A program made the translations under genes and the position numbers. The notes below the pieces were generated by a model. The model searched no databases, was not told where the DNA came from, and saw nothing but the letters and a program-made list of their open reading frames with translations. Below are positions 55,001 through 64,000 of a stretch of 64,000 bases of DNA, piece by piece. Within the stretch, counting starts at the first letter, position 1. Each line of letters begins with the position of its first letter. Source of the stretch: Vicugna vicugna (lineage: Eukaryota); NCBI GenBank assembly GCA_013265495.1, contig MU058531.1, positions 1,984,911 to 2,048,910 on the forward strand, written 5' to 3'.

Positions 55001-58000
55001 TGAATTCTGTCTCTGACCACCACATTGGCCCTTCCAGAGAGCCAGGGAATGGTCTTCAGGAAAGTGATGATGAGGAACTTCGAATTAGAGCCTTTGGAGT
55101 TCCAGAACTCCAGAACTATCAACACTGGAAACAGTTGGGAAATGAGTTTAGCCATTTCTCCCATCACCAATTAAAAGTTTCACAGAGCAAGGAAAACTCT
55201 CACATTTGCATTAGTGAGTCAGCCATAAGCAGAAGCAGGTAGTTACAAATACACACCATCCTTGTGACAGAGGTCTATATACTCCCTAACCCTTGGAGCA
55301 CCATGACTGGCTTTCTAGGACGGGCAGTCAACATATATACAAAGAGCCTTTCATAAGCTCTTCCATCCCCACTGGACACCTCTTTCTAGGCCCTCTCTAC
55401 TTCCAGATGCCATCAACTAGTGTTTAACTCTGGACAACTGGTTATCAACAAATATTTCCTCTATTAAACTCTAACTGACTATCATTACCAGTAATTAGGC
55501 AGGCATTTAAGAGCCATAACAGTATCTAATTTTCTGAACATTTTGTATACTTTATCTCATAAAGCAAACCCAGAAGATAGGCGCTCTCTCTCTCCATTTT
55601 TTGCAGAATTCTTGGAAAAAGAACCACTGGATAAATGACTTGACTCCAATCACCAGTGACAGAGCTGGGGCTTCAATCAGTATCTTCCTTGTTCCAAGCT
55701 TCATAGGCTGTCCGCTACTCTATGCCCTCCATTTCTTTCCTCAGTAAAATCCACATGGCTTAATCAAACTTTTCATATTGTGGTAAACAAAGCCATAATC
55801 TTTCAATACCTGCAGATTAAAACATTACAAAAACTACCTGAGCAATGACAAGTTCCAAATGGACAAGCATTATGCCTTATGCAGCCTTTGAGAGATAGCA
55901 AAAGAGGCCAACCAACGGAGAAAGCTATTTAAGTAGAAAATTGTGTCTTAGAGAATATCTAAACCTTCACATTTCTGAAAGAGTATTTTTATATCAGCTT
56001 GCTGCAAGGTCATGAAGAGTTTAAAGCTAAGTACTATTCAACATGCAATTTTAAAGTACACAGTTTATATTATTAGATTAATGTTTTCAGTAGCATAGAA
56101 AACCTTCTAATATTTCCTAACCAATGCCTCTTTTAAATCGAATATAGATAATGTGGCTTTGCTGGCATACATATCAACCATGCCATAATAGGTTCCGAAA
56201 CAGTTTGTGGGGTTGGGTGGACTTTAAGTGGTTTTGCATTAGAGCAGTAGTTAAGAAACCAACTACAGAAGAGTCTCTAGTTTTAAATCTAGGTCATACT
56301 ATCCTTATTCAAAAGCAAGCATAAACTAGACAATTTATATTACTTTCTAAAAAGATGGTTTAAAAAAGGGGGGGAGGATAGACTTGAAAATACAGATGTT
56401 GCCTCAAAATTTATTATGAATCGGCATATTTACTCTTTAAAATAATTTCTATTCCCATGAATTCACATAAGGAATTTCTTCCTCTGTCACAGATAACAGC
56501 ACAATTAACACTAAATTGCATTTAAACAGACTTACGCCAGAAAATATAAAATCTATATAATCGGTTTCAACTTAGGGTGAGAAAAGAAAGTAGGAATGCA
56601 GATAGAAAGCAGAACATAATTTGAATTTTTTTCCCAAAGATACAATACTCAAAAATACATTAAGTAAATAAATAAATAGGGAAAAATATTGACTACTGTT
56701 GAATTTAAATGGTAGTATATATATATGGGCACTGTATTTTTTCTTCCTCTGTTTTTATCAATACAAAATATTTTAAAAACACAATTTCTAGGGTATATCA
56801 TGAAGTCAAGTACAGATTCTGCCCATTCTCCTGCTCTACAATGCGTTGTTAACTGATGTCCTAGAGGTATTATACGCCTCCACTGGCTCCGGAGGCAAAT
56901 TGCCTGGGTTCATATCCCAGCTCTGCCAGTTACTGCGTGATCTTGAGGAAATAATGTAAATGCTCCAACCCTCAATTTATTTGTCAGTATAATGAGGGTA
57001 ATAACAGTCCTCTACCTTGAAGGGGTTCCAGTGAGAAACTACATGGAAAGTGCTTAGCACAGGGCCTGGCTCATAGGTAATGGAGGATTACCACATTGTT
57101 ACAAGAGCCAGAAGGTACTTCAGACAGAAAAAGGAGACTAAATGACGTTACATAGAAGTTTGGGGGTTTTCAGATTGCACTGTGTGAAAAATCGGTAATC
57201 CACACTACAATACGATCATACAGAGCTCTGGTCACCATTGTAATAACAACAATCAGAACCTAATTAATATGGCACTTTACTAAGGGCCAAGCACTGTGCT
57301 AAGCACTTTGTATACAGTTCCTCATTTGAACCTCTATGAAGCAAGTAATTACTATTGTTTCCATTTCACAAGTGACATAATTTGTTCAAGATTATGAAGC
57401 CAGGATCTGGCAGAGGTGAGATCTGAACCTACGCAACCCACCTCCAAAGTCTGCTTCTGACAGAAACTACCCACCTGAACGTGGGCAAGTCATTTCACGT
57501 ATTTGGACTTTGATTTCCTCTTATGGAAAATGAGCAGACTAAGTGGAATAGGTGCCCTCAAAGGTCCTTTTTAAACTTCTATGGACAATAATGTTATTTA
57601 AACTCAAATTCACTGCATATAGAAAACACCTCTGTTCTAGTCCTTTTACAGAAGTAGGCCTTCCTGTCTTATACAAATATAAAATGAAGCAAATGTATAA
57701 TTCCCCAGGTGGGGTACCTCACTGCTCTTGAGCTCTCTGGTGGACGGTCCATCACTAAGAGGCAGTCAGAGAATCCCACGAGACAGTTCCATAACTAAGT
57801 CCATTTGAATGGAGCCCAAAGAGACCCTGACTTAAAATGAATTCTACCTGACAGGACTAGTGCTACAGGGAAGTTAAGGACACACATCAGCAAAATTAGG
57901 CAAAGCTCTAGTGTCTGAGTTATGTCACTCTAACTTTCAGGACCTCAGTTTCTTTATTTATAGAAATGAGATGGCTTTTAGATACAAGTAGTCCCTAAGG

Positions 58001-60636
58001 AAGCAGCCGCCCTAACTCAGAGAAATCAATCAACTTGCTAGAATGTATATATATATATACATTTTTTTTTAAGATTAAGATACATTAGAGTAAATCACTA
58101 TTGAAGGTCCCTTTTGGCTCAAAGAGTCTGTGAAATAAAAAACTGGGTTGGTATTCTATGAAATAAACTCTTCTACTTAGAGAAAAAAGTCCTATTTGTC
58201 AAAATAAACAATTTTTGTTAAAAGAACTACTTACGGTATTCTCTCCTTTTTGTCTTAAAAAATGACTTAAATAAACAGACAGGAATGTATAATTCTGCAC
58301 ACAAGACAGTGTTTTGTTTTTGTTTTTTAAACTTGGTATACTTATCAACACAAACTATGTCTGATAATATTCCAAGCAAAAACACAGCCAGCTTATTCCC
58401 ACTCTGGTTCTAATAAGGCTTCAAAACTCTGAAGCTCCATTTTAAGTAAGGAAAAGAAATGAGACAAAAAGCCCATGTAATTCTTCTTGAGGCCAAATTT
58501 ATAAAGCTCAATTTTCAATAAAATCTCTCCTCCTACAAATCTTTTGGCTATCTTCCCCTACTCGATAGCACGACCACGGACCAAAAAATAGGAGACCAAA
58601 CTCAACCCAGTCCATCTGGCTCTCATTAGCATGGCTGGTATACGGCTTGCTGAGAAACAACTGGCAATCCCCACATTACTTGTCAGTATCAGTTTAGGGG
58701 AGATTTTACGAATTTAATCTCTTCTCAGCCCCCATTTCTGGAGATGATGAATCAAAAGCTAGTTGTATTCAGATCCAACTCCTAGAAAAAGATAATTGAT
58801 GCCTACACCGCCACTTTCCAACCCCCTAAACCTCCCCATCAGATTCTACGTCACCCTCTAAGATTGGACTTGGGTAGAAAGCATGAGAATAAAAAAAGGG
58901 GCTCTCTTACCAAATTTAGGCTTCCTGTCCAGCCTCCCCTTTCACATACAAATAAGCATATAGTGAAATTCCAGAAAGCAGAGTCCTCTTTTTCTCTATC
59001 AATCTAATCCCAGCTCGCAAGGTCTTTTCATTTTATTAAAATAAACTTTAGAATAACGGGGGAAATACATTTTAATATTAAAATCTTCCATTCCTGAAGG
59101 ACCCCTGTAAAAATTTGGTAAGATCCTCTTCTCATTAAAAACTCTCATACATACAGTCTATGAGTTTCATGGACCCCCTTGAATTGTTAAGGTTAAAAAT
59201 CCTTGCCCTAGCTTAGAGAATCATGTGCTTCTTAATAACCCTATCTCCTTCTTCATGGATGGGAGTCACCCCAAACAACACATCTGAAATGTACAGAGCA
59301 ATAAAATGAAGGTTCCAATTGCACCTGACGCTTTAAACTAACTGTCAAATGTCGGTTCTGCCATTTTTCAGCAATGCTCAAAGGATTTGTTTCATTTCCT
59401 TGGATCCAAAGATCCAAACAGTGTCTTATCCAAAGCCCTCCTCTCTCCTTCCTTTCTTCTTTTCTTTTTCAACTGAGCCTGGAAGCGTATGGCTAAATCA
59501 ATTTGTCAGTGAAGGATAAATGTTTGCTGAGAACAAAGGCCTCCAGTGAACATTCACCCTCACCACCCCTTTCCAACTCAAGATGTCCAGGACACTGCCA
59601 ACCAGTGTGGCCGTGGGCTGGATCAGAAAGCAAGAACAGAATAAGGACGCTCCATTCAACCTTATTGTCTGGGGCACTTCCTGGGTTTTTCATTGGCATT
59701 TAACACCAAGACACAAGGCTCATTTTTCATTAAAGTTGCAAGAGTTTCACTTTGCCCAGTTTCAAATGATGTAATTGATCTGCATTGTCTTCTTAAATAA
59801 CCCAACTGAAGGACACTGCAGCTTTAAATATTTCAGTGCTAGCTAGCAAATAGACTCCATTGCAATATGGCTCTGAAGGTCGCGTCCTATTGTCTCTTTC
59901 CTCTGGAAAAAAACAATTTCTAAGCCTTTCTTCTAGGTAACATAGCAAGGGCTACCCCTAGAATTTCCACTCTTCCATCTCGGTTCCTGATAGAGTTCCA
60001 GTGTTTACTGGAATCTCACACTCATAATTTTCCCGGCAGGGGCAATATGCTGATTGCTATTAATGATGCCAGCACCTTAGCGAGACATAAACACATGTGT
60101 TCACATTAGTTTAATTGAGCATATGCAACTGTCTGAAATAGCACCACTCAAGAGCTGTTAACCTCTTTAAGAATAGGGCCAGGGTGGTTTGGGAGTGGAC
60201 AGCTTTCAGGCGGCACCTCGAGCCCGGGATTGCATAACCTGAAATGTGTAGCTACTTAAATCGACAGGAATCTCAGCCTACTCATCCTGGGATTATGCCG
60301 GCACCCTGCCATACACTCACAGCTTTACTAGTCAAAGGAGGTCAAAATAAGAGGCACAAGCACGGTGAAGGAAAAAATAAACTAAAAGAAAAAGGCCCTT
60401 TTCGATCTTGTCAGGGTGCATAAATACAATTCCTCAAGCTGTCACAATGTTCTCCCACCCTTGACCCAGGGACTGGAATAGCATCAGTTAACTGAAGGCT
60501 TTGGAAAGGGGCAGGAGAGCTGGACATCGTTGCCTTTTTTAAAGAATAAACATCAGTGAATGATTAAATGGCAGAGAGTACGGGGCAAAGGGAGCGGGGC
60601 AGAAGGAAGGCGTGTGCAGGTGCATCGGAGCATTAC

Positions 60637-61561
60637 CTGAAATGGCAACAGATTGTTACCATTATCGGTCCGGAAAGCGTTATCCTCCATCCAGGACTTG
60701 GAGGTGAGCGGGGCCGCACGGGGGAACTTAGGCGGTGCGATCACATTGCTGGAGAAGGGCTTTTTGAGCGGCGAGATGGGGTTGAGCGGAGAAGGCACCC
60801 CTACGCCCACGCCCACACCCACGCCGACCGCCCGGCGAGGGTCCCGGCCCGCCTGCAGGCCGCCCCACGGGTTGGACGGCGCGCTCCAGGCGGCATTCAC
60901 GCTCTGGTGCGTGTTCCAGCTGGACGAGGCAGACGAGGCGGCGGCGGCCGCAGCCGCGGCCGCTGCAGCGGAGGACGAGGACGGCTTGCTAGTCATGATG
61001 GGCTGGTGACCGTACGCCGCGGCGGCGCCCCTCTGCGCGTAGGGGGCCTGGCTGGGGCTGGCTGGGGACCGGCGCTGCTGCGGGGGCTGCGCCTGCGGGG
61101 GCTGCGCTGGCTGCGCGGGCTGCGGCGCGGGCGGCGGCGGCTGCTGGTGGTGCTGGGTCTGCGCCAGGCCGATCTGCGGGGAGAAGGTGCCTCCGAAGAC
61201 TGGGTTGACGTGGTGCGGGAAGTTCTGGAAGAGCATGGTCCCGTTGACTGGGGTGATCCCCTGGAAGAAGCTGTCCTCTACCGCGTTCGTGGTGCCCGTG
61301 GACCAGGTGCTGCCGAAGGACGGCGACAGCGACGCGCCCGGCGCCGCGGGCTCCTGCGGTGGTGGCGGCGGCTGCTGAGGGGGCTGGTGGAAACTCAAGC
61401 CCGGCAGGAGCGGCGATTCCATCTGCATCTTGTCGGGGCCGTTGGGGGCCGGCGGGGCCGCGGCGGGGCTGAGGGCCGGCACTGCGCTGCTGTCCTCCGG
61501 CTTGGGGGTCTCTGAGGACAGGGGCGTGGACGGGGCTTCGGCTGCGCTGGGCTCGGGCTGG

Positions 61562-61604
<43 letters not shown>

Positions 61605-61662
61605 GCTGCTGCTGGGGCTGGGGCTGGGTTTTGCTTTTGTCCATCAGTAAATCATCCTGCAT
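60637..61662 (-). CDS. CPEB3: CPEB3 first coding exon (342 codons; Q/P/A-rich intrinsically disordered, prion-like N-terminal domain)
   Basis: Translation MQDDLLMDKSKTQPQPQQQR...VEDSFFQGITPVNGTMLFQNFPHHVNPVFGGTFSPQIG...WMEDNAFRTDNGNNLLPFQ is recognisably CPEB3. ATG at 61662 in AAACCATG context; pyrimidine-rich acceptor (ttttttcctgtttcag|) 11 nt upstream, so the exon starts at 61673; donor CAG|gtaatg at 60637/60636 (phase 0). Confidence 0.97.
61564..61602 (-). repeat. Coding (CAG)13 trinucleotide repeat (polyglutamine)
   Basis: 13 uninterrupted CTG units on the plus strand, followed by CCG(CTG)3. Confidence 0.95.
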
Positions 61663-64000
61663 GGTTTGCGCAGCTGAAACAGGAAAAAAGAGAGACGCGT
61701 TATTGTCAATGTGTTCGTTAATGCCCCTCGCTGAAGCGGGCGGGTGTTTTACTTGCGAAAATCCAGTACCACCGCTACTAGCCAATTGCAATGCAAATCC
61801 ATAATCTCCCATTTAGAAGAACAGGTCGGGCTGGGGTGGGGGTGGGGGGGCTCGTGCAAGGTCTCTAAAAATACTGTGAGAGCGTCTTCACCCTTTATGA
61901 TGTCTAGGTTCCTTTTCTGTATTATTGAGAGATGTGCTTATAAGACAGAAAGACGGCAATTTCGCCACGTCTCTTTTCCCTTCACCGGAACTCAGAGCGT
62001 TCACCCTGCAATGAGAAACTGATTCTGGTTCCTGTTTTTTCCCAAGCACCACCCTCCCCCAGTTATTTGCATACGTCAATAAATACTGCTGCGTCCTTCA
62101 GCAAGGTTAAAAAGACAACGCACACGACCCTTTCTTTCCCCCTTTCCTGCTCAGGCACTTTAAAGAAACAGTAGTCTTATCCCCCCTTTATTAGCAAACT
62201 GCCTTCTTGCCTTGATAATTGTTTCATTTAGCAGCAGCGAGCCACGAGGGAGGAAATCCTTGGCATTTGTTAGGAGGAGGACTCAGCTGCACAATCATTC
62301 TCTGGCCTCCCAGTAGCTTTAGCTACTCCATTTTGTTAGGAGGCATTAAAAAACCATCGCCTTTAAAGAGAAATATCTATTGAAACATTTGGAAGTGCTT
62401 CCTTCTTGTTACTTTAAGGATTAGGGTTTTTCTGCTTATTCTCCAATTTTCTCATCTCCAATTCTGCCACACGAGAGATTTCTTGGCATCTCAGTGGTTC
62501 AGGTCTCAACAGGAGCCTGAGAATTTCTCTGCAGAGTGAAGAAATGTTCTGGTTGGATTTGAGGTCAGTGAGAGAGAGGGAGAGGGAGAGGGAGAGAAAG
62601 CGGAAAAGAGGAAGGGAGGGCAGGGCACACTGGCTGTGAGATGGGGTGGGGGTGGGGCTTTAAAAAAAATCCCTCTGAGATTTAAGCGGAAAGTCAAGAT
62701 AATTCTGGGGTTGCCAGATTTTCATTTTTGAATCCTCCTGCTGCTGCCTTGGTCACAAGACTTTGGCAAATTTAGAATCCATTCTCTTATTACTAGTATT
62801 AGCAGTAAAAGATCATGGTTTGAAGACCCTGAATTACCATATGCTAGTTAAAGTGTTAAAAATAGCATAGTACAAAGTCCCAGATTCTCATACATTGTAA
62901 TTATAGTGCATTGCCATCATTGCTTCATTTAGCCATATAAGGAGCGTATGGTATTTTCCATTTCGCATAGAAGGGCTATATTCACCTCTGCCATATAGCC
63001 TGTTTTATCATTCAAAGATGAAAATAGTAATCACTCAAAAACCAAATTTCTATACACATAGTTACCACTGAGGTTGTCTCTTAGAACATGTTAATTGTTT
63101 TAAATATATGAATATTACGGTGCTAAGACCCAGAAAAATATTTTGCAATGTTCAAGGAGCATATTACCAAATATATAATTATTTTTAGATGATGATTCAG
63201 TATAATTGCAAAGTTATTAATATATTTAATACACTTAATTAATTCAGATACTTGGAGAAGCATCTTTCTCAGGGCACTTGTGAAAGGGCATTCAGATACA
63301 CACAGAAGTTTTGCCTTTGGACATTCTCATGATAATAACTATTGTAAAATAAATGTGTTGGAAACGGATAGGCTACCACTCTTAACTATTAAGGGAAATA
63401 TGTCAGACTAAGAAATGGGATTAAAAATAGTTCTACTATTTTATTATAGACTATCTTTAAAACGGTTAATCTTTCACTTTAAAGTTTCATACATAGACAA
63501 AACAGTGGGCTCAAGGCAAAGCTTCACAGCCACCTTACTCTCCCTTCTACTCCTCCCTCCCCAACTTCCCCGGTCAAAAAACCAACCCAATATAATATAC
63601 ATCACAAATTACTAGCTACTACCAGTAAAACCTATTTAAGCTTGATTTTGTGTTCCTTAGTTTCCTTGGTCTAAAACAATGGCTTTGATCAGTATTGTAA
63701 AATATGACACAAAGAGGCAAGCAGAGCATGGATTCCCAACAGCACAAAGTTCTATTGCTGCCAAAGGAAATGGACACAGAAAGAGACATTTTCATACTTG
63801 GTTTAAGCAGTGCTGCAGTAAACCATTATAATCTGGGATTTGAGTCTCTTTCAGTAGGCTAGAATTGTCTTTACAATACGCATATCATGATGGCTGAAAT
63901 ATGCATTTGATTATAATTTTAATATCACTCAGCTTCTCCAATGCTTTTTGTTAATGCCTTCAGTTTAAACTGTATGTTCTTGGTGGAAAAATTAATGCTG

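Larger units (their letters stand above)
60560..61760. promoter_or_regulatory. CpG island over the first coding exon
   Basis: Visibly very high GC and CpG density compared with the AT-rich, CpG-depleted remainder; boundaries approximate. Confidence 0.85.

Noticed and set aside
60553..60636. C-terminal tail of the 419-aa ORF (VMLRCTCTRLPS...)
   Set aside because: Read-through past the CAG|gtaatg donor into intron; the CPEB3 sequence continues at exon 32298.
60568..61515. 315-aa plus-strand ORF (and other plus ORFs at 60653, 61187, 61430)
   Set aside because: Antisense shadows of the GC-rich CPEB3 exon; stop-poor composition, low-complexity R/G/C products, no recognisable domain.
61888..62079. 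Possible uORF upstream of the MGDYGF start
   Set aside because: Begins at TTG rather than ATG; no supporting evidence.

Overview
Mammalian genomic DNA, most likely camelid (four tRNA-derived Vic-1-like SINEs), spanning the 5' half of the CPEB3 gene (cytoplasmic polyadenylation element-binding protein 3) on the minus strand. Four coding exons can be read and spliced in frame: the large GC-rich first coding exon (61662-60637, Q/P/A-rich N-terminal domain), a 160-nt exon with an internal alternative donor (32298-32139), a 57-nt exon (22771-22715) and a 24-nt microexon (7406-7383). I did not find the RRM/ZZ exons, so they presumably lie left of the window. The most notable non-coding element is an intact HDV-like self-cleaving ribozyme (the CPEB3 ribozyme) in the sense orientation of the intron after the first coding exon (40973-40905). 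This family is already described in mammals, but it is invisible to ORF annotation. Also notable are an in-frame upstream ATG adding 50 aa that begin MGDYGF like paralog CPEB4, and a pure (CAG)13 polyQ tract. The rest is intron with LINEs, SINEs, DNA transposon relics, microsatellites and a 485-nt assembly gap. Repeat family names and human comparisons come from recall, not from searches.
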